A DNA stretch of 64,000 nucleotides from Epithemia pelagica (lineage: Eukaryota > Protista > Bacillariophyta): NCBI GenBank assembly GCA_946965045.2, contig OX337237.1, positions 62,001-126,000 on the forward strand, read 5' to 3'. Shown one piece after another: positions 21,340 through 31,397 of this stretch. The notes under the pieces were generated by a model. That model saw only the letters and a program-made list of their open reading frames with translations, ran no database searches and was not told the origin of the DNA. The position numbers and the translations under genes were made by a program. Positions within the stretch are counted from its first letter, which is position 1, and every line of letters starts with the position of its first letter.

Positions 21340-23304
21340 TTAATCCTTGCGAATCACTGTCGTTCGCGGCGGACTGTCTTCCATTCGATCCTCATTGGTG
21401 GCTCCTGGGTGCTCTCGGGGAGCACTCAAGGACACGCGATTCTTCTTGTTGACACCGTCCATGAGATGTTCGATCAATGGACTTGCTTGCTTGTTGGACG
21501 ACTTGGAGGAAGACACGGGCGTTCCCGATTTGGTTCGTTTGACACCTCGAGGCGTTGTGGCCAGAAACAACTCTCCACCACCACTCCCAAGTGGAAGCAA
21601 AATGGGACCGTTGCGGCGCGTCCCCAAGGGAGATGACTTGTTGCCAGTACTACTCTTGATGAGTTCCACTGCCACGCATTCTTCATTCGTTCTTGTCTTG
21701 TTGTTGTTCCAACGGTGCGGAGGAGAAGAGAGTGTTTCTTCTCCAGTCGAGAGACCCTTCATGGAAAGAGTCATACCGGAAAAGGTCCAGTTCGTATTGT
21801 TGTTCTCCCAGGCAATCGAACGACGCAAGGGCTGAAGTTTCTTGGGAGGAGACGGGACAAGAGTAGCAGAAAATGTCGTGGCATCGGGATTGCCATTGTT
21901 CTTGGTCGAGTTCGAGCCACCGTTCGTCTTGGTAGTGCTTGTCTTGGTGCCATCTGTGCTTGCTAAGAGAGATCGAGGAGGCAAGGGAGTCACGCGGAGA
22001 ATCTCCATGGGATCTTGTTGTTGTTGCTGGTCCTTCTTGTTGGTGTTGTGAGTGTTGCTCACATTGGTGGAAGTGTAGCGAGAACCACGAGGATTCGTGC
22101 TTGAGTCTTCGCCACGAAAGCAATCCAGCAAAATGTTGTGATAGTTTTCCAATCCAGCTTCGTTTTCATCTTGGAGATCTGTTTCGGCGCTGTAGGGCAT
22201 GGGGGAAAGAACCAAATTGGCGGCTGTTGCTCCTGTATTAGGGAGGGAGGGAGCCACACCGAGCGGATCATTCGAGTCCGGACCGTTGCTGGAAGGATCT
22301 TGGGTGGTAGAAGCCTTGGTGGCGAGTTCGCTCTGGAGCGTTTCAATCACCTTGCGTTGTTCTTCAATTTGAGAGCGCATCTGACGAACCTTGTGGTGAA
22401 GGCGCACCTCCAGCTTGGTGTAAGGTGCGCCATGATGAGCCGGGTCTCCCATCAGAGGTGCGCCACCATCGTCCTCCAAACTTTCATGCCTCGTATGCGT
22501 TGTGCCCCGTCCAACGGAATAATCTCTCCACCCAGCCGCCGGAACCGGAGGCACCGAACGATCGCCCTTGATCGAAGAAGACGAAGAGGACGGAGTGCTT
22601 CGAACGGAAGGAGGAGGAGGAATGACAAAGTGAACTCGTTCCGCATAAGGATCCCTTGAGTAAGAACCAGGAGGACAAACACCAATGAACCAATCGGATG
22701 GGCGATGATCTGCATCACGAGAAGCCGACTCAAAGGATCGGAAGAGCTGCGGCGTGAGAATGGGGGTTCGTTGTTCTCGTTCTTTCATCATATTCACCAC
22801 CGGAAGAAACTCGGGAGTGCGTTCTCGCAAGGACATGGAGGCCTTTTCTCGAGCTCGTTTATCACCCACATCATACCAGACTTCCTTGCGAATGAACTGG
22901 TCCCTGAGAGTACCGCAAATGCCCGAGGCACTTTCCTTGCGCGCCAAAAATCGACCGGGAGGCTTGAGTTCTCTCCAAATCTTGACCACGGAGGCCGCCA
23001 CTTGAGGCTTTTGGACCTTGGGAGCCGAGAGATATCGAAACTTGTGCTGTCGTACCAGTGCTCGAAACTTGATGTTGCCATGGTGACTCTTGCCAATACC
23101 TCTTCCGAGAATCACATCGTGATCTCCAATCTCATTTCCTGGAATGTGGCTCCAATCGCTTTCATGAGTAGAAGAGGTGAGAGAATCTTCTTCTTCGTTG
23201 TCTGGATGATCTTGAGGATCGTCTCTTGTTTCCGTGGGGGTTGGCTGTGACATTGGATCGTACGTGCTCCGTTGCGTCTCTTTCAACAACTCTCGGGACA
23301 TCAT
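21340..23304 (-). CDS. DUF6824-domain protein with a coiled coil (654 aa)
   Basis: DHDVILGRGIGKSHHGNIKFRALV...PPGRFL...WYDVGDKRAREKASMSLRE, then coiled coil KLEVRLHHKVRQMRSQIEEQRKVIETLQSEL. Confidence 0.85.
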   Translation of the reverse strand: MMSRELLKETQRSTYDPMSQPTPTETRDDPQDHPDNEEEDSLTSSTHESDWSHIPGNEIGDHDVILGRGIGKSHHGNIKFRALVRQHKFRYLSAPKVQKPQVAASVVKIWRELKPPGRFLARKESASGICGTLRDQFIRKEVWYDVGDKRAREKASMSLRERTPEFLPVVNMMKEREQRTPILTPQLFRSFESASRDADHRPSDWFIGVCPPGSYSRDPYAERVHFVIPPPPSVRSTPSSSSSSIKGDRSVPPVPAAGWRDYSVGRGTTHTRHESLEDDGGAPLMGDPAHHGAPYTKLEVRLHHKVRQMRSQIEEQRKVIETLQSELATKASTTQDPSSNGPDSNDPLGVAPSLPNTGATAANLVLSPMPYSAETDLQDENEAGLENYHNILLDCFRGEDSSTNPRGSRYTSTNVSNTHNTNKKDQQQQQDPMEILRVTPLPPRSLLASTDGTKTSTTKTNGGSNSTKNNGNPDATTFSATLVPSPPKKLQPLRRSIAWENNNTNWTFSGMTLSMKGLSTGEETLSSPPHRWNNNKTRTNEECVAVELIKSSTGNKSSPLGTRRNGPILLPLGSGGGELFLATTPRGVKRTKSGTPVSSSKSSNKQASPLIEHLMDGVNKKNRVSLSAPREHPGATNEDRMEDSPPRTTVIRKD

Positions 23305-23886
23305 GTTGTTGCTGTGGAGTGAAATAGGTGCCGAATGGGTTGTCGTGAATGATTTCCAAATGTATGTGAGCTCTTGGGTTGTCTCTTCTTTGACTATGTT
23401 CCCACCGCAGAGGTGGTCCTACTTCACGAACACATGATGTGCTTCAAATGCAAAATCCATCAAGTGACCAATGGCAAATAATGAGGGATTTTTCCACTTT
23501 GGGGTTTGTATGGGGCGGCCATGCTTTTGTGTACGCTACAAAAGACGTCGAAGGGCCTATGTCAAGATTATGTGGGCGCTAATGGATCCTCTAAGCAAAT
23601 TCTTCGCATGTGCACTTCATGTGCAACAAGAATTTAAAAGAAACCACTGTGGAATGTGGAATAGAAGAGAATTGAGAACAGAAGCGTCTCCGCAGTTGTC
23701 ACCGTAGTGCGGGACTTTTGGGGGAGCTCAAATTCAAAACCATAGCATTCGTAAGTACAAATTCGTTTTGGTCACTATGGCGTTCCCACGGATCCGGAAG
23801 GTCCCGGGAGTAACGGTCAGCGTCCGCCGAGGATGGGATCACGCCTGTCGATTCACCCGCGTGATCGATTCGTCACCGATAAATCC

Positions 23887-24212
23887 GAACGTTCATTCGG
23901 TTCCGAGCACCAACGTTGTCCGTATCCGGACAAGCACGCCGAGGGCCGAGGCATGCCATGGGGCCGACGTTCCCCCAGCTTTCGGGCGCGCGAACGAGGG
24001 ATGGCGTTCAGTCGAAGAAAACAACATGGAGAACAGATGGAAGATGTCAGAACGTTCATTCGGTTCCGAGCACCAACGGTGTCCGTATCCGGACAAGCAC
24101 GCCGAGGGCCGAGGCATGCCATGGGGCCGACGTTCCCCCAGCTTTCGGGCGCGCGAACGAGGGATGGCGTTCAGTCGAAGAAAACAACATGGAGAACAGA
24201 TGGAAGATGTCA
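23887..24212. repeat. 163-bp tandem duplication (2 copies, 1 mismatch seen)
   Basis: gaacgttcattcggttccgagc...gatggaagatgtca at 23887-24049 and 24050-24212. Confidence 0.95.
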
Positions 24213-24638
24213 ATAGAGAGTCTGTGAAGAGTAGAGTAGAGCACATCTCAGTCTTGAATGATCTGTGCTGGATACATGTTCCGGGATGAGGACGAGGATT
24301 TTCCGTAACACATACAAAAGCATGTGTGATAACAGCCTTCCGGTTGAAGTCCACATAGACCCCGAGCACAAGTCATTCGTACTTTATCCTGATATCCTAC
24401 AAAGGTGCCAACTCAGTCATGACAAAGAAGGTCCAGGATGACCTCCGTCAAGGATACGGTATCAGGCTGTACTACAGACTTGGATTGCCCACACTACAAT
24501 AGGTTCTTATCAACCCTCCGGCTCAATAGTTGCATTGAAAAAAGCCAGTTCTGCGACTCCTTCCTTTCGTGACTGGAGAGACCATGGCGCCAATTTCAAA
24601 TGTCTTTCAACCGGACATGGTTCAGGCCCAGTCAGCGC

Positions 24639-25012
24639 AAAGGAGCAATAACAGATCAATCATGTCATGTCGGAGTGCTTCAATGAGAAACGAGTTCCAC
24701 TTTGGGTCATCCTCGGAAAAGAAGGAGTGCTGTTTGGCTAGGTAATTCCTCCATCCCTGGATCGACTAGAGACGATCGGACAGGTCAAGTCGCTTGTGGC
24801 CTTGTTCTGGTAAAAGGATCAATAACATACAATCATGTCATGTCGGAGTGCTTGGAGTCAAAGCTCCAATCTGGAGAGCTTCCATTTTTGAACCATTCCG
24901 ACATTTATCCAAGGAGAAGACGACCTGTTGTTTGGGGCTACGTAGCTCCTCCATCCCTGAATCGACTAGAGACAATCGGACAGGTCAAGTCGCTCGTGGC
25001 CTTGTTCTGGTA
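24639..25012. repeat. Diverged tandem duplication (174-bp and 200-bp units)
   Basis: Shared blocks caatcatgtcatgtcggagtgctt and ctccatccctg.atcgactagagac.atcggacaggtcaagtcgct.gtggccttgttctggta. Confidence 0.85.
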
Positions 25013-25047
25013 CATTTGTCTTTGGTAGTGCAGTCGGGTGACTTGTT

Positions 25048-27113
25048 TCACCGCTTGCCCTTGCAGTGTCGAATGAGGACATCGCGCGTCCGTTGTCGCG
25101 CTTCGTCCGGTGACAGCTCGACGTAGGAAACGCCTTCGGACAAATCGTGCTCACGATCTTGTCGTCGTAAGAACCGACCGCCACGCTTGTGGACGGCTTC
25201 CACCAGAAAATTGGCCACGGCTGCCTTTTCAATATTGGATCGAGCCTCAATGTAAAAGTCATGAAATTCGCGAGCCATGTTCTGAAACAGTCGATTGCCC
25301 GGATGATCAAAGGCTCTTCCTCTGCAACAAAACACAAATCACAACCACGTGAGCCAGACAATTCGTTCAATTCGTTCGATTCACACACATACGAGTCTTT
25401 CCTCCAGTTCCACTGATACACATACCTTCGAACTCCAGTCAAAATATCATTGTTGGTGATATCGGAAATTGGAGAATTGCTTCGTTTTCGTTCCACAACC
25501 ATGTGTTTGCTCTTGTCGGTCTTGGTGGTTTCATCATGCTTTTGTAGAATTTCTTCCAACCGTTTGCTCGTCACTTCCACCGTACTGCTGTCCTTGTTCT
25601 TCTTGGTGTTGCGCTTGGCATTTTTCGACAGAGACGAAGCAATGGCAGCCGCTGCGGCCGAAGGTTCTTTCTCTTGTGGATTCGGTTTCACTGTCGTTGT
25701 CCCAAGAACCGAGGAACCTTGCGGCGAGGGAACGCGCGGTTCCTCCTCGTGGTCCGAATCATCATCGTCAATGGTGATAATTTCCGGACCACTACTGGAC
25801 GCCGATGTCGTGCGTGTGCGTGGTACTGGCAGTCGTGGCGGCAGGGGTTGGAGTCCCGAGTCGGTCGCGTGAGGAGGCGGCGGTTGGACGAGCGGTCCGC
25901 GAGTCAGCGGCAGTCCCACACGTGCGTCTGTCGTCCGATTGCGATGGGGTTCGGCCGACGACCATAAGGATAAGGAAGCATCCGAAGTCTTGTGGTGCGT
26001 GTTCCAGGACGGCGGTTGTGGCGGTGGTACCTGAGACGACGGTGGATGGACCATGGTTTGTGTTAGTGTCGTTTGTGACGCCGCGGAAGGAGTCAATCCC
26101 TCGCTTGCTGGGGCCGCGTACAGAGAGGAAGCATGGGCTGATGGAAACCCAGAAGGCAGTAGGGAACCATTTGCGGCAAGATGGGACAGTGCTCTCATTT
26201 CGAAGTGTGGATCATAGAAGGACGAGGACAAGGCTTGAGGGACTGTTGTAGTGCTGGGAACAGGAACGAGGCGATAGTGCACGTCCGTTGCAGGTGGTGT
26301 GGTACCTTGTGGTTCGAGTCCTTGAGGTACGGATGATGCATACAGGGGTGGAGCAAGACCCGCATGATGGTGATAATGCTTTTCCACCACCACCACATAG
26401 GGTGCTGCCGCTGGAGGAAGAGCGGAAATGCCGGGTGCTGGTCCACCGGTTGGCAGTGTCAGAGGATTGGGCTTGACGAGTGTCGTAGGTTCCGGTCTTG
26501 AGGGTAGTCTAGAGAAGATTGGTACTTCCGACTGTTTCATGGTGGTAGGCTTGGTGGGTCTTGCAAAACTCGTGCTTGCCATTTCTGAACTGGTCGTGGT
26601 GCCGCCACTAGACCGACTCTTCTTGTTGCGAGGAGAACTCTTGTGGTCCGTTCCCATGGTCTTTCTCTTTGACTTTTTGGCGCCTTGCTGTTTCTTCGGG
26701 GTCCGTTGAGATCCGGTTAGCGCCATCGAAGGAACATGATCCGGAGCGTCTTGTGCCGGATCCGTGGGGGAGGACAGGCGAGTGACCAGTGGCAACACTG
26801 GAGCTTGAGGCATGTCATGAGGATTGTTTCGCGGTGGTGCAAGTTTCATTCCTCCATAGGATAAAGGCACGGCTGCCATGGAAGGAGGAAGGAGACCATT
26901 TGGAATACTAGTAGTCTCAGTCCTCGGAGCTGCTGCGTGTCCATGACCCGGCGGTACGGTTCGAGTCGAAGTGGCAGTGAAACAGAGAGACGAGGCGTCG
27001 TGGTTTGTTCTTGGAGCCATCCGTGCCGTGGTTTGCCCCGCTGCTGGCCCTGGTACCGAAGCTGCCTCCCTTCGAGGCAGGGAACTTTGGTGTGGAGCTC
27101 CATCCAACGTCAT
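25048..27113 (-). CDS. Protein with a C-terminal DUF6824 domain, 2 exons (27113-25426, 25321-25048; 653 aa)
   Basis: The 104-bp intron 25322-25425 (AG|gtatgt...ttgcag|A) gives ITNNDILTGVRRGRAFDHPGNRLF...RGGRFL...YVELSPDEARQRTRDVL. Confidence 0.8.
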
Positions 27114-27805
27114 TCTGGAGGTGTCAATCGAAAAGAGACAAAGTAAATCGAAAATCGAAGCGATGCAATGGTCGCTCTTTCAACCTGATGCTTTTGAGAT
27201 TCTCCTGGCTTTTGGATCCAACGTTGATGACGGGAGCTTTAAACAACTTCCCTGTGCACTGTTTTGATTTGTGGATGCTCGGACGATACCACAGATGAAA
27301 GAAAGGAAAATGGAAAATGGAGGAGAGCGGAGGGAAAGTCTTCTCGCTTTTGATGTTGCTTGGTTTTTATTGGCTCCCCTCCTCTTCTCGTTTTTCTGGG
27401 TACCGCATATCAGTACTGTTTGGTGCAGAGTGACCATATTCGTATTCTACGGTGCGGTGACTGATTCCTATTTTTGGCCATTGAATCTGAAAAGGTTCAT
27501 GAACGAATAAGTCCTCTTACCAATTTTTGGTCTCTCCCTACGCGTGCTGGAACGTGTGAACGGTGCACGCACAATGGATGGGACGCAAGACGCCATCCCA
27601 GTCAATGGAATGCCATTCGAACTTTACTTTCCAGGAGTGTGGGGTAAACCTGATATTATCTGATACCAGAACAGATCTACATGGTTTCCATACGTATTGA
27701 AAAGATAGGTAGTCATAACAAAGGAGTACAGTCTAACGTAATTAGTGTAGCTAAACCCACCTCCACCCGGTCTTTCGACCACTACACTTAGCACTACTAG
27801 CTAGA

Positions 27806-28745
27806 CTAATCTTCTACTTCGACTTGGAATACATCGAGGTCGTTGTTTTCGATACGAAGCTGGACCAAATTTACCACCGCCCCAAAAACCACATTGTGCC
27901 ATCCAAGGTCACCTCTGTATTTGTCTTTTAGAATGTTGTACCTTTTGAAGTAGCTGTTGACTACTTCATGTCGTGCTCTTGCATCAGCCATCATTTTGTC
28001 CATAAAGTTGTTGTGTCCAGACGGTGTAATGAAGTATTCTCCACCATCATTGTAGCCTCCATCTGCAACCATCATTTCCCCTTCATCCACTTTGTCTATG
28101 AGCCAATCTCTGCTGATATTGAGGTCTGCCCATGTCCCACAAGGGTATGGGCCATTCCACCACACAATCCACCCAGTGTTGATGCATACTCCAATTTCAT
28201 AACGCAGCCCAGGTCCCTTGAATTTGTGGGAAAACCACTTAGGGTCAAATGGAGCAGGCTCAAAAATTCTAAAGTCTGTTCCATCAACAGTAATGAAGCA
28301 ACATTGTCCTTCTTTTCTTGCATCATATCTATTTTCCCATTTTATCTAAAGAAAACAGGACAAAGATGGTGAGAATACAATGCTGACAAACTGGTACACG
28401 CCGTCCTCATGAACACTTACCAGTACTTACATAGTTAAGATGAGCCATCAGCTTTGTCACTATCTTACTCCACTTTCTAAAAGTCTTTCTTGTTGTATTT
28501 GCAAATGCCACCAGGACATCTTCTGAGGCGTAAACCTTAAGGTAAAGAAGTCCCCACAACAGGTGGAATGGCTTCCCTCCTCTTGGCAGAAGGTTCTCTA
28601 TTTCGTCCCACACATGCACACAAAGAGAAGGGGTTAGACTGAAATAGCCTCGAAAAGCTCTATGAAACTCATTTGTTGTTGGATTCCCATTCTTCCCCAT
28701 CATAGGAAGAGCACTTTGAATGAATGTTCCTGCATTCACCTCCAT
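27806..28745 (-). CDS. Harbinger DDE transposase, 2 exons (28745-28431, 28345-27806; 284 aa)
   Basis: The 85-bp intron (TAT|gtaagt...ctttag|ATA) gives IKWENR...TVDGTDF...KWFSHKFKGPGLRYEIG...VADGGY...ARARHEVVN. D-D-E triad intact, no stops. Confidence 0.92.
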
Positions 28746-28955
28746 CGTCAGGAATTGTGAGTTTATGCGATATTCATGTTGGTGCCCATGCCGTGCAGTG
28801 AAGCTAAGTTCCAATGCCAAAACACTATTCCTTTGCGTTCATCAAGAATTTTCGTTATAGTAGTGTTCGAATTTAATGTATGACTGTCTTTACGTGAACG
28901 CCATGGAGTAATCTAAGTACAGAAATGGTCACAGTCACTATTTCTGGGTCACTTG

Positions 28956-29366
28956 GGTCTGATCCGGTCAGATCTTGGATCAGACCGGAGTATCAGTTTC
29001 GGTGATGAGGACCAATATTGAAACATGAATAACTTTTCGCAAGTCTCTCTAGAAACAGTATAGAAGCGACCCTCTTATTCACTGAAAAAAGAGTTAACTA
29101 GATATAACTTAAGCCTAAACATTGCTCATCAACAAGGTCGTCTGGTCTGCCAATGAAAAAGCTGCCTGGGTCGAAAAAAACGACCTGGGTCGTTTTTTTA
29201 CCACCAGACCCAAAGACAACTTACGTACTTAATCCTTATATTTAACCGACCCACAGTTAACTCATTAAATAAGGAACAAGGAGGTCGGTTCAGTATTGGC
29301 ATAAGTGCCAATGTCATGGAGAAATCTTCATTTATAAGAATCAGGATCAGACCCGGTCTGATCCTG
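28956..29366. promoter_or_regulatory. Palindromes in the divergent promoter of the Harbinger element
   Basis: ggtctgatcc/ggatcagacc (28956-28986), aaaaaaacgacc-tg-ggtcgttttttt (29174-29199) and caggatcagacc-c-ggtctgatcctg (29342-29366). A regulatory role is inferred. Confidence 0.55.
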
Positions 29367-29473
29367 GTCAGACCAGAATACCAATTACCCAGTATGCTTT
29401 CTTGGTCATAGTTTGGTTTCGCCAAAAAAACCACCCAGGTACTAAACTCCCCAACGTTCATTCCAAAATTGCT

Positions 29474-30537
29474 ATGACACGCTCCGGTAGGAACTCCCTT
29501 GGTGAAGGTCCCTTACTCTCTTGGGATTCCAGGACAGCAGACGCTGAGTACCTGGAAGACTTGGTAAAAAATCGTGCCTTTGCAGCAAGCGCTGCACCAA
29601 AGCAAGTGTGGTCTGATCATCCACAGTTCATGAAGTACAAGCTTGAATCATTTCGTACTGCATTGAATAAACTCAAAAAAAAATATGGATACCATTTGAG
29701 AGATGGCCCAAAGGAACAGGACAGTAAGGTGACCAGCAAGGAAGAGAGTTTCAATCCATTGGAAGATGTTGAGGATGATGCAGACGACGACCTTCCCCCT
29801 GGTTCTGGTTTGTTTGGGAAGAAGAAGGCACCAGGTGCACCAGGTAAGTCATGGTACGTGATCAAAATTGGCGACTTCTTGGTACCTACCTAATGTTCTC
29901 TCATCTATTGCTCTTTCTCTCTTTCTCTACAGATAAAATTAAGAGTATAGCTATGAATTTGTTACAGGGAAAAGAGAAAAAAAGGTCTGGAGTCGCCGTT
30001 CCAGTTGGTGGTGCTGACCTTGGAGCATTGGAAAACAAGAGAAAGAAGTCAGAAAAGAAGGATATGATGAAAGAATGGACGCCCCCTCATGTGCTGACCC
30101 AGTGGGTGGATCAGAACAAACAAAAGCATGTGGTTGTAGTGATCAACCTGCCCACTGGGGTTGCGCACAGAGATACAACAAATTGCGACATTGAGGTTGG
30201 TGAGTCACAGAAGGAACTGATTGTGACGATCATTTGGCCTACCAATAGCACAGATGTGGGAGAACTGTTGAAGCAGTTCTCCCAGGAGTGGATGGAGAAG
30301 GATGAAAACATTCGTAAGAAATTGGCTCTAGAAGATGCATTCAATCAATTGAAAGAAAAACAGACTGATTATGTGAGATCCAAGTTTGTCCTCTCTTTGC
30401 CTTTTGCAGTACAGTCAAAGTTTGACTACGAGTTTTTGTTTGACACTATCAATGGATTTCGTGCACTGATGGTATTCCTAGACGAACCGGATGCAAAATT
30501 CGAGGGTGGAATGCGCCACAAAATGGTGGCCCTTTAG
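29474..30537 (+). CDS. Harbinger partner protein, 2 exons (29474-29843, 29933-30537; 324 aa)
   Basis: The 89-bp intron (G|gtaagt...ctacag|AT) joins two ORFs in frame. Helical N-terminal part (WDS...KQVWSDHPQF...FRTALNKLK) and beta-rich C-terminal part. Lies inside the TIRs. Confidence 0.8.
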
Positions 30538-31397
30538 ATAGCTGTAAAGTGTTCTTGTGTCGCGGTTGCAAAAACCGGGTGGTGGTGGGGACCGATTACA
30601 CTATATTTTAAGTTACCTATTATTCTGTTGATCGTATTACTAACCTAGCAATAGCTAACATAGTCGGTCTGCCTTTCTATGATGAAGTGGGGCTGATATT
30701 ATCAGGTTTACCCCACTCTCCAGTCCCTCCATCCTTTCAAGTCCATCAATTACATCTTAAAGTTTTGTTTGCTTCTCTCGAGCGACCACTACAGTTGAGT
30801 ATAGAGACACTTTCCGGTCGACCTACACGTGGAACTATTTCAAATTTCAAGGTAATGAATCTAAAACCTTGTATTCACGTGAAAAAGCTCGTATGTTGTT
30901 GTCTTGAGCGAACAGAAAATCAGAAGGGGGGATGAGTCATGCCAATCCCAACATCTTCACACGCATTCAATTTTGTCGGAGCACTCCCTAGGACAAGCTA
31001 GGATTGTTACCATCAAACGATGAAGGCAACCCCATGTCGTTATAGTTCGTGGATGATGACAGGGAGAAACGACCAAGCTCTACTCCTACCTCTAGAGCCA
31101 ATATTGACTCATATGAGAAGAGAGAGAGAGAGAAAGTCAATCCATCTTGCCGGCAATTCACAGTTCCTCCTGTATTGCTGCTACGTTCTTGTGGTTCGAA
31201 CGAGCATTTTTAATGCGACCGCGGCATCACATGGGTCGCTTTGGGTCGCCCATCAAACTTCCACATCCATCGTTGGTGCTCTGTCGTCTCATTTTTCGTT
31301 TGGAATCGTTCCACAATCCCTCCTCCTCCTTGTCGTCGTTGTTGTTGTTGTTCTTGTCGTCGTCGCCCACCACCCCTGTTGGTACTCGGACCATCCC

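Larger units (their letters stand above)
27635..30720. mobile_element. PIF/Harbinger DNA transposon, apparently intact, with two divergent genes
   Basis: 26-bp TIRs gag(t/a)gtggggtaaacctgat(a)(t/a)tatc with 2 mismatches. 3-bp TSD CAG at 27632-27634 and 30721-30723. Contains a DDE transposase and a partner ORF. Confidence 0.95.

Noticed and set aside
24966-25425. C-terminal ~150 aa of the 715-aa ORF as called by the track
   Set aside because: It is intron read-through; splicing at 25425/25322 restores the DUF6824 domain in another frame.
31020-31397. N-terminal extension of the 841-aa ORF
   Set aside because: It reads through AG/GTT microsatellite-like upstream sequence; ATG 31398 is more plausible.
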